A stretch of 55,932 nt of DNA from Actinomycetota bacterium (GTDB taxonomy: Bacteria > Actinomycetota > Humimicrobiia > Humimicrobiales > Humimicrobiaceae), in contig JBNJCW010000004.1 in NCBI GenBank assembly GCA_051744345.1, positions 1 through 55,932 of the forward strand, written 5' to 3'. The notes beneath the pieces were generated by a model. It searched no databases, had not been told where the DNA came from, and saw nothing but the letters and a program-made list of their open reading frames with translations. Positions 9,337 to 17,471 of the stretch are shown here, in pieces; within the stretch, counting starts at the first letter, position 1, and every line of letters starts with the position of its first letter. A program made the translations under genes and the position numbers.

Positions 9337-10650
9337 ATGGATAGAACAAATTTCTGGGACGCTGGGATTGCTGCCAGCAGCAGGGAAAAGATTGAATCTA
9401 TCCAGCTGGAGAGGCTGGCAGATACAATCAAGCATATATACGGAGCAAACAAATTTTACAAGTCAAGGATTGATTCTGCAGGCCTTGATCCTTTTAATAT
9501 AAAGGATATTAAAAGCATACAGAAGCTCCCCTTTACTACCAAGGAGGACCTGCGCCAAAATTACCCCTTCGGCCTTTTCTGCACTCCCCACAGCAAGATT
9601 GTAAGGGTGCATTCCTCTTCGGGTACCACCGGTAACCCCACCGTGGTAGGATACACCAAGGGTGATCTGGAGATATGGGCTGAAGTTCTGGCCAGGATAA
9701 TGTATGATGCCGGGGTAAGGGAAGATGATGTGGTGCAGGTAAGCCATGGTTTTGGGATGTTTACCGGGGGTTTTGGCTTCCAGTATGCGGCTGAAAAAAT
9801 AGGGGCACTGGTTATACCTATTTCAGGGGGAAACACCGAGAGGCAGCTTAAGGTCATGGCAGATTTTGGCTCCACCGTGCTCTGCTGCACTCCCTCCTAT
9901 GCCCTGTACATGTCTGAGGTGGCCAGAAAGATAGGGGTGGATTTTAACAGCCTGAAGCTTAAAGTGGGTTTTTTTGGGGCAGAGCCCTGGACCGAGGCCA
10001 TGCGGGGAGAAATTGAAGAGAGGCTTCATCTCACCGCACTGGACAGTTACGGCTTGAGCGAGGTGATTGGACCCGGGGTTAGCTGTGAGTGCGGAGTTCG
10101 TAATGGCCTGCATATAAACGAAGACCATTTTCTGGTAGAAATTATAAATCCGGATACGGGAGAGGTTCTTGAGCCCGGCCGGAAAGGGGAGCTGGTGTTT
10201 ACCTCCCTTACCAAAAAAGCGATGCCGGTTATACGCTACCGTACCAAGGACATATCCTATCTTATGGAGGAAGAATGCAGCTGCGGGAAAACGCTTGCCC
10301 GCATGGCCAAGCCCATGGGCCGCACTGATGACATGCTCATAATCAGGGGGGTTAATGTATTCCCTTCCCAGATAGAGGAGGTCCTGATGGGAATTGATGA
10401 CCTTGAGCCCCATTACCTCATAGTGCTTGACAGCAAAGATTACATGGATACGCTGGAAGTTTGGGTAGAGGTGTCAGAAAGCATATTTCATGAAGAGATA
10501 ATGGACCTGGAAGACTTTGAAAAATCTATAGAGGACAGGCTATACTCGGCCATAGGCATAAGAATCAAGGTAAGCCTAAAAGAGCCCCAGACCATAGCCC
10601 GGAGCCAGGGGAAAGCCCAGAGGGTTTTAGACAGAAGGAATAAAGATTAG
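9337..10650 (+). CDS. paaK: Phenylacetate-CoA ligase family protein, copy 2
   Basis: Same motifs; tandem paralog of the upstream gene. Confidence 0.92.
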   Translation: MDRTNFWDAGIAASSREKIESIQLERLADTIKHIYGANKFYKSRIDSAGLDPFNIKDIKSIQKLPFTTKEDLRQNYPFGLFCTPHSKIVRVHSSSGTTGNPTVVGYTKGDLEIWAEVLARIMYDAGVREDDVVQVSHGFGMFTGGFGFQYAAEKIGALVIPISGGNTERQLKVMADFGSTVLCCTPSYALYMSEVARKIGVDFNSLKLKVGFFGAEPWTEAMRGEIEERLHLTALDSYGLSEVIGPGVSCECGVRNGLHINEDHFLVEIINPDTGEVLEPGRKGELVFTSLTKKAMPVIRYRTKDISYLMEEECSCGKTLARMAKPMGRTDDMLIIRGVNVFPSQIEEVLMGIDDLEPHYLIVLDSKDYMDTLEVWVEVSESIFHEEIMDLEDFEKSIEDRLYSAIGIRIKVSLKEPQTIARSQGKAQRVLDRRNKD

Positions 10651-10684
10651 GTATCCATCAAAAAACAGCCAGTTAAAGAAAAAG

Positions 10685-11482
10685 GTGAAACTGCTATTGG
10701 GCAAGGAGGTCAGCTATATCAAAGGCCTTTTTCCCCATAATCTTAAGCAATACAGGAACTTGTCTCTTCTCTACACCCACAGCCTTCTTCTGTTTTCCCA
10801 TACAGAGCTGAATCCGGAAAAGCCTTCATGGGGCTGGAAAGTAAAAAATTTGGCTGCGGGTATTGAGATGCTGGGCATGGGTTGCGATTTCCATCTTTTT
10901 GATATTAATAATTTCGGAGAGAGAAATACCCGCAAAAGGGAAGAAAGATATACCCTTAACCTGCTTTTCGGGGATGTTTTTTATTCACGGGCCGTAGATT
11001 ACCTGTTAAGCTTCGGAGACAGCCTGGTCTTTGAAGAGGTCATAAATTCCCTCAAGCAGGTACACCGGAGCAGGCTGCTGCTGCACCGGCAGTTACTTGA
11101 AGTTGCAGCCAATCCTGCTTTGCTCAAGAATGTAATCGAAGAGAAAACCGCACTTCTTTTAGGTATAAATTCCCTGTTCAAGGGTACCTTCCTCTTAAGC
11201 TGGAGCATCTTTTCGGCAAAGGAAACCCGGTCAGCTATTGAACAGATGGGCAATTTGTATAAAATATTTAACTATATGACATTAATAAAAAGCCTTCAGG
11301 AGTTAAATGAGTTCCTGCATCTTATGTCCGGCAAACTTTCTGTGGATATGGATTTAGAGTTGGTGGAGGGTAAAAAAAATTCTATCAGAAGCAAGTTAGA
11401 TGCTTCACTGTCCGGGCTGGAAACGGACTGGCTGAAAGTTAAGTTTCCTGAGGTATTGGACAGGGTTCAGGGCGGGGTTTAA
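10685..11482 (+). CDS. Degenerate polyprenyl synthetase-fold protein (no DDxxD motifs)
   Basis: LLFGDVFYSRAVDYL matches the AVLxGDxLxxxA segment of trans-prenyltransferases, but the FARM position reads FHLFDINNF and no second DDxxD is present. Mostly helical. Confidence 0.55.
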   Translation: MKLLLGKEVSYIKGLFPHNLKQYRNLSLLYTHSLLLFSHTELNPEKPSWGWKVKNLAAGIEMLGMGCDFHLFDINNFGERNTRKREERYTLNLLFGDVFYSRAVDYLLSFGDSLVFEEVINSLKQVHRSRLLLHRQLLEVAANPALLKNVIEEKTALLLGINSLFKGTFLLSWSIFSAKETRSAIEQMGNLYKIFNYMTLIKSLQELNEFLHLMSGKLSVDMDLELVEGKKNSIRSKLDASLSGLETDWLKVKFPEVLDRVQGGV

Positions 11483-13207
11483 ATGAAAGCGGATCTAATT
11501 TTACTCCACGCACCGAGCGTGTATGATTTTAGAAAAAAGACCATCATGTTTGGGCCTATGAGCGATCTGGTGCCCAGCACCCCAATCTTTGAGATGTATC
11601 CCATAGGGTTTCTTACCCTGGCCAATTACCTTGAGAAGAGGGGATTTAAGGTAAGGATTGTAAATCTGGCCTACCGCATGCAGGAGGATAAAGCCTTTGA
11701 TGCTGAAAGATTCATCAGCAGGCTGAAAGCATCCGCTTTCGGGATAGACCTTCACTGGCTGCCGCACTGCCAGGGATCCACGGAGGTAGCAAAGATAGTA
11801 AAGAGGCATCACCCCCGTGTTCCGGTAATTTTTGGCGGCTTCAGTGCTTCTTTTTTTTATGCTGAGCTTATCAAATTTAGGCAAATAGACTATATAATCC
11901 GGGGAGATTCTGCTGAAGAACCGCTGGCCAGGCTCATGGAGATTATTAAAAGCGGCCGTCAGGAAGGTCTGGCAGATGTACCCAATTTGGTTTACAAGCA
12001 GGGAGAAAAAGTTTATGTTAACCCCATAGACTGTATATCCACGGACCTGGAGGAGATTGATTTTGATTACCGCCTCATGTTCAGGCAGGTGGTAAGGTTT
12101 TGGGATTTAAAAAGCCTGGTTCCCTTCAGTGGATGGCTTCGCTATCCCATTACCACTATTCCGATAGTAAGGGGATGTTTTTCGGAATGCTCCGGCTGCG
12201 GGGGCTCAAAAAGTGCATTTAATCTGTTCGCAAAACGCCGGATGCCTGCATACAGGTCGCCCAAAAAACTGGTGGAGGAGATTGGTAAAATCAACAAATA
12301 TATAAATGCGCCTGTCTTTTTGCTGGGGGATATAAACAGCAATGGCCCCGATTATGTGCAGGAATTTTTTGGGTATGCCAGAAAGCTTCCCTCCAGTATC
12401 CAGATTTTCTTTGAATTTTTCAGGCCTCCCGGGAAGCGTTTTTTTGACCAGGCAGAAGAGATATTTGATAATGTGCTCTACGAGATGTCCCCTGACTCCC
12501 ATGACCCTTTAATCAGGGAAGGGATGGGGAAGCCCCGGTTCAGCAACCGGGAGCTTGAAGAGGCTGTGGATTATGCCCTTAAAAAAGGAGCGGTGCGTTT
12601 TGACCTGTATTTTATGACTGGCCTTCCCGGCCAGGGAAAAGATTCGATCCTGGATACAGTGGACTATTGTGAGGAGCTATACCGGAAGCTGGGATGGGAT
12701 AAGCGGTTTATGCCTTTCATATCACCGATGGCCCCCTTCATCGATCCCGGAAGCAGGGCCTACACCAATCCTGAAAAATTTGGCTATACCCTTACCAGAA
12801 AAACCCTTGCCGGGCATATAGAGGCTATAACCCGGCCCTCGTGGAAATACATATTGAATTACAAAAGCAGCTCTCTGTCCACCCAGGACCTGGTTGATTC
12901 CACTTATCAGGCAGCCCTGGGACTAAATCGCCTGAAAGGAAAAGCAGGTTCAATCACTGCCGAAGTTATGGACCAGAACCAAAAGCGAATAAAGCATGCC
13001 CTGGATACCATGGAAAAGATAGACAGCATAATGGAAATAGAAGACAGGGATGAGAGACAGGCCAGGCTTGCAAGGCTGAAACAGGATACCGACCGTTACA
13101 GCATGTCTACGGTATGTGAAAAAAAAGAACTGGAATTTCCCCTGTTTAACAGCAGGTTCAACTGGTTTAGAATAATAAGGGAGGTACTGTTTAAGGCAGG
13201 CGGCTAA
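11483..13207 (+). CDS. B12-binding domain radical SAM protein (resembles the TIGR04190/Ta0216 family)
   Basis: N-terminal cobalamin-binding-like region (EMYPIGFLTLANYL, GIDLHWLPH, VIFGGFSAS, DYIIRGDSAEE). CX3CX2C motif RGCFSECSGC. Confidence 0.85.
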   Translation: MKADLILLHAPSVYDFRKKTIMFGPMSDLVPSTPIFEMYPIGFLTLANYLEKRGFKVRIVNLAYRMQEDKAFDAERFISRLKASAFGIDLHWLPHCQGSTEVAKIVKRHHPRVPVIFGGFSASFFYAELIKFRQIDYIIRGDSAEEPLARLMEIIKSGRQEGLADVPNLVYKQGEKVYVNPIDCISTDLEEIDFDYRLMFRQVVRFWDLKSLVPFSGWLRYPITTIPIVRGCFSECSGCGGSKSAFNLFAKRRMPAYRSPKKLVEEIGKINKYINAPVFLLGDINSNGPDYVQEFFGYARKLPSSIQIFFEFFRPPGKRFFDQAEEIFDNVLYEMSPDSHDPLIREGMGKPRFSNRELEEAVDYALKKGAVRFDLYFMTGLPGQGKDSILDTVDYCEELYRKLGWDKRFMPFISPMAPFIDPGSRAYTNPEKFGYTLTRKTLAGHIEAITRPSWKYILNYKSSSLSTQDLVDSTYQAALGLNRLKGKAGSITAEVMDQNQKRIKHALDTMEKIDSIMEIEDRDERQARLARLKQDTDRYSMSTVCEKKELEFPLFNSRFNWFRIIREVLFKAGG

Positions 13208-13211
13208 AAAG

Positions 13212-14177
13212 ATGTTAGATGAATTTAAGGTGTTTGGTTTTTTAAAAGAAGATATACAGAAATTAGAGCAGTACCTTCAGGGTTTTGCCCGGGGCCTGGA
13301 TGGAATACTGCAGGAAGGGATAACCAACACCCTGCTTGCCGGGGGCAAAAGGATAAGGCCTGCCCTTTTTTTCATAAGTGCCAGAAATAAAAAATATGAT
13401 ATAGATTACCTGCTTCCGGCTGCCGCTTCTATTGAAATAATACACACCGCTTCCCTTATACACGATGATATTATCGATAAGTCTGAGCTGCGGAGGGGCA
13501 AAAAAACCATACACAGCATTTATGACAATGATACTGCAAAATATATAGGGAACTATCTTTTTACCCATACCTTCTCTCTGCTTAATTCATACAGCCAGCC
13601 CCGGATACTGAGCGAGATGTCTTACGCTGCAGAGAATCTGGTAAAAGGGGAATTTAACCAGCTAAAAAAACATAAGAAATTAAACCAGGACGAAGATTAC
13701 TATTTTAATATGATAAATGAAAAGACCTCATCGCTGTTTAAGGCCAGCTGTGCCCTGGGGGGCATGCTCTCCGGTTCAACCAAAGCCGATATAGATAAAC
13801 TGAGGAGCTTTGGCCAGCTTCTGGGCACTGCTTTCCAGATTAATGATGACCTTCTGGATATAGGGGTAAACAGGAAGGGGAGCATAGGAAAGCCCATCGG
13901 CAATGACATAAGGCAGGAAAATGTTACCCTTCCGGTGATATATGCCTTAAAGGATCCCGAATTAAAGGATTCAGTAAAAAGGATTCTGGGAAAAGCAAAT
14001 AAAAGCGAAAAGGATATCAGCCTAATGCTGGATATGATAAACAGGACCGGTGCGGTAAATACGGCCAAGGCAAAATTCGAGTCTTATCTGGCCCGGGCAC
14101 AAAAAGCAGTGGACAGCATAGGCGGGCAGCAGAGAAGGGAAGGCCTTTTGAAGATACTGGATTACTTTAAGTCATGA
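13212..14177 (+). CDS. Polyprenyl diphosphate synthase (HepT/IspB-like)
   Basis: GGKRIRP, FARM LIHDDIIDKSELRRG, KT motif, SARM FQINDDLLD. Confidence 0.92.
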   Translation: MLDEFKVFGFLKEDIQKLEQYLQGFARGLDGILQEGITNTLLAGGKRIRPALFFISARNKKYDIDYLLPAAASIEIIHTASLIHDDIIDKSELRRGKKTIHSIYDNDTAKYIGNYLFTHTFSLLNSYSQPRILSEMSYAAENLVKGEFNQLKKHKKLNQDEDYYFNMINEKTSSLFKASCALGGMLSGSTKADIDKLRSFGQLLGTAFQINDDLLDIGVNRKGSIGKPIGNDIRQENVTLPVIYALKDPELKDSVKRILGKANKSEKDISLMLDMINRTGAVNTAKAKFESYLARAQKAVDSIGGQQRREGLLKILDYFKS

Positions 14178-15124
14178 ACAGTATTTTAAGCTTGGCTCTG
14201 GAGGTACTGGGGATTACCATCCCCATATTTGCAGTTATTATAATTGGCTACCTTATAAGGGTGAAGGGCATAATAAGTGATGCCGGGGTATTGGGGTTAA
14301 ACAAGATAGCCTACAATATCGGGCTTCCTGCACTTATACTGATAAGCATAGCCCAGTATAATCTTTCAGAAATTTTCAATGCACGGATAATAGGGGTTAT
14401 ATATTCCTCCTATCTTATATATATAATAATTATTTTTGCAGGCGCAAAATTCAGCCGGGAGCCGGGAAGGGTAAAAGGCGCTTTAATGGTATCTTCCTAC
14501 CGCTGCAATATGGCATTTATTGGTTTTCCCATAATAATTTCTGCTTTCGGGGGCCTGGCATTGGCCAAGGCAAGCCTGGTGGTTGCTTTCCTTACCCCGG
14601 TAAACATAGTTACAACCGTGCTCCTGTTCAAGATTTATAACCGCAGGGAAGAGGGGATTAAGGCAGGAAGGCTTCTCCGTGAGCTGGCTGTAGACCCGCT
14701 GATTTTGTCAGCGGTTCTGGGCATTATAATTTCATATATAAATATAAGTATCCCCCGGGCGGTAAGCAGCGTCCTGGATATCCTATCATCCATGGTTATA
14801 GGCCTGGCCCTGCTGGCTATCGGGGCTTCTTTCCGTTTTTTCCATATAAAGAGCTATATAAGGCTGCTTGTCTTTATAAGCATAGCCAAACTCCTGGTTA
14901 TGCCGGCTATAGCATTCCTTATGGCTGAGTTTGTGTTTAAACTGAATAATGTGGACAGGAATGTGACTGTGCTGCTGTTCTCCATGCCTCTGGCGGTAGC
15001 AGCCTATATAATGGCGAAGCAATACCGTTCTGAAGCAGATCTGGTGTCCTCGGCCCTTATCATAACCACGGTTATATCTTCGGTTACTGTATCCGTGTGG
15101 CTTCTGGTGCTGAAGGTTATCTAG
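14174..15124 (+). CDS. AEC (auxin efflux carrier) family transporter
   Basis: About 10 TM helices. NIGLPALI, NMAFIGFPII and MPLAVAAYIMAKQY motifs. Confidence 0.88.
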   Translation: MNSILSLALEVLGITIPIFAVIIIGYLIRVKGIISDAGVLGLNKIAYNIGLPALILISIAQYNLSEIFNARIIGVIYSSYLIYIIIIFAGAKFSREPGRVKGALMVSSYRCNMAFIGFPIIISAFGGLALAKASLVVAFLTPVNIVTTVLLFKIYNRREEGIKAGRLLRELAVDPLILSAVLGIIISYINISIPRAVSSVLDILSSMVIGLALLAIGASFRFFHIKSYIRLLVFISIAKLLVMPAIAFLMAEFVFKLNNVDRNVTVLLFSMPLAVAAYIMAKQYRSEADLVSSALIITTVISSVTVSVWLLVLKVI

Positions 15125-17379
15125 CTGTAGAGCATATGGTAGAGGTAGTAGTTGGCCATAACCTTCTTTACATAATCCCTGGTTTCATCATAGGGTATGT
15201 TTTCAACAAATTCGTATATGTCTTTGTCGCCCCATCTTGAAATCCAGCCGGCCATGGCCCCCGGCCCTCCGTTATAGGCTCCGGATGCGTAGTATTTATT
15301 GCCGTCAAAATTATCCAGCTGATCCCGTAAGTAAGAGGCGCCCATCATTATGCTTTTCTCCGGGTTATAAAGCTGCTCTACATGGAAGTTGTCCATACCC
15401 AGCTTCTGGGCAATTCCCTGGCCGGTGGCAGGCATTATCTGCATAAGGCCCCTGGCTCCCGCAAATGAGCTTACCTCAGGCTGGAACCTGCTTTCCTGCC
15501 TCATAACCGCCAGTATAAACAGGGGGTCTACATCAAACTTCTGGCCGTATTCTTCCACCATTTCCCGGTAGCCGTAAGGGTAGAGCAGGTAATGGTAGTA
15601 ATCTTTGTACTGGCCTTCCAGCCCGTACCTTAAGTTCCTCTGGTTTCGGGCCAGCATGCTTATGCTGTTATTGTAATCCTGTGATTGGTAAAACAGGGTA
15701 GAGAGTATCAGGATGCTGACAGGGTCTTTTTCCATTTCATCCTGGCCTGCTTCTATTTCTGCCGATGCGCTGCCAAAGATTTCTATCCTCAATAGTTCAA
15801 GCGCCTTGTTTATATGTGGGGGGATGACTTCATCATTGTTCTCATTGCCTTCAAGCGGGTTGTAGACCTCGGGGAGCACTTCATCGATTTGTGGATTAAA
15901 GGGGCTGGCTGAACGGTCTATGGGAGGTATTTCCGTGTAAATACCCTTATCCTCCAGTATTTTCTGGGATACAAAGGTGTAGTAGGAATAGGAGCTTAAG
16001 GATATTATCTTTTCAAAAAGCTCTGCGGCCTGTTCCGTCTGTTCCTTATTGGCCAGGCATTTAGCCTGCCAGAAAAGGCCTTTCTCCTCCAGTTCAGTAC
16101 TTTTAAAAGAAGATGCCATATTGGCAAATATCTCTTGGGCCCTGCTGTAACCTCCGGTACTGTAATATATCCAGCCAAGCTCCCACAAAACCTCACCCAG
16201 GCGGTCTCCGTTGGGGTATTCTTCAACCACCCGGTTGTAGTTTTCAATAGCTTTGTCCAGCTGGTCATCAAAGAAATAAATCCTTCCTATGCGGTATAGG
16301 GCATCGTCGCTCAGGTTACTCTGGGGGTACTGGTCTACCAGATTCTGGTAGTAGGAGACTGCCTGGCCGCTGTTGCCCAGATTGGTTTCTGCTCTTGCCA
16401 GAAAATAGAGGGCATCATCTCCGATACCTGTTCCCTGTGAAGACTGGTATGCGGATAAGAGGTGATCCCGGGCCTGCCCGTAATCCCTTAAATTGTAATA
16501 GCACATTCCCATCCTGAACAATACATTAGCCTCAAGCTGGCTGCTTATCTGGTAGTTTTCCAGAATATGGTTCAGCTGGCTTATTGCATTGTGATACTGG
16601 TAGTCGTAGAAAAATTCCAGTGCCCGGTCAAAAACCTGGTCAGCAGAAGGAACGAAAGGTTCCATATCATGGGCATCTGTAAGCCTTTCCAGGCTGATGT
16701 ATGCAATACCTGCATACTCATTGGTAGGATAGTCAAGCCATACTTTGCTGTAGTTGTGGTAAGCCTCTTGCAGTTTTGTATTTTTTTCCTGGCACAGGGC
16801 CAGCTGGAACAGGCAGTAACCGGCATAATCGGACTGGGGATAGCTTTCATAAAAGTCCTGGTACAGATCTTCCGCCCTGCTGTAATTTTCCCGGATAAAA
16901 TAAAGGTCTGCATATTCCAGAGCCGCCTTTTCTGCCCAGATGCTGCGGGGATGGTCCCCTAAAAGCAGGGAGTAGTATTCCTCTGAGAGGGAATATTTCT
17001 GCTGCATAAGCAGGCCTTTGGCAAGGTAATAGAAGATATGGTCCTGGAGTATATGGTAGGAATCCTTTATCCTTTCAAGATAGAACTGGGACTGCAGGTA
17101 CCGGCCTTCTTCGAAATAGTCCACTCCCTTTTTAAAATAATCCCTCTGGGTTTGGGTATCCATCTCCAGCTCCTCTTCAGGGCCTTCCCCGGGAATGGGT
17201 TTTTCCTCAGGGGTGATGGTTTCCACAGGCTCCTGCTCTATTTCTTCATTCTCTTCTTCGTTGAAATCTCCGGCAGGCTCAGGCCGGCCGGCTGTTTCGC
17301 CGATTGCAAAACAGGAAGAAAACAAAAAAACCAGCACCAGCAGCATAATGGGTATGTATAAATGTTTTTTAAAATCCAT
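15121..17379 (-). CDS. slt: Lipoprotein with TPR repeats and C-terminal soluble lytic transglycosylase domain
   Basis: Lipobox LFSSC, many TPR/BamD-like repeats, catalytic MRQESRF, GLMQIMP, and YNGGPG / ETRDYVKKV SLT motifs. Confidence 0.9.
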   Translation of the reverse strand: MDFKKHLYIPIMLLVLVFLFSSCFAIGETAGRPEPAGDFNEEENEEIEQEPVETITPEEKPIPGEGPEEELEMDTQTQRDYFKKGVDYFEEGRYLQSQFYLERIKDSYHILQDHIFYYLAKGLLMQQKYSLSEEYYSLLLGDHPRSIWAEKAALEYADLYFIRENYSRAEDLYQDFYESYPQSDYAGYCLFQLALCQEKNTKLQEAYHNYSKVWLDYPTNEYAGIAYISLERLTDAHDMEPFVPSADQVFDRALEFFYDYQYHNAISQLNHILENYQISSQLEANVLFRMGMCYYNLRDYGQARDHLLSAYQSSQGTGIGDDALYFLARAETNLGNSGQAVSYYQNLVDQYPQSNLSDDALYRIGRIYFFDDQLDKAIENYNRVVEEYPNGDRLGEVLWELGWIYYSTGGYSRAQEIFANMASSFKSTELEEKGLFWQAKCLANKEQTEQAAELFEKIISLSSYSYYTFVSQKILEDKGIYTEIPPIDRSASPFNPQIDEVLPEVYNPLEGNENNDEVIPPHINKALELLRIEIFGSASAEIEAGQDEMEKDPVSILILSTLFYQSQDYNNSISMLARNQRNLRYGLEGQYKDYYHYLLYPYGYREMVEEYGQKFDVDPLFILAVMRQESRFQPEVSSFAGARGLMQIMPATGQGIAQKLGMDNFHVEQLYNPEKSIMMGASYLRDQLDNFDGNKYYASGAYNGGPGAMAGWISRWGDKDIYEFVENIPYDETRDYVKKVMANYYLYHMLYS

Positions 17380-17471
17380 CTCCCTTTCCCCGATTCCTTT
17401 CTGCTTAGATTTTATAATCTAACCGATTGATAATGCAAATAATATAGATTATTGTGTTAAAATAAAAGGCT

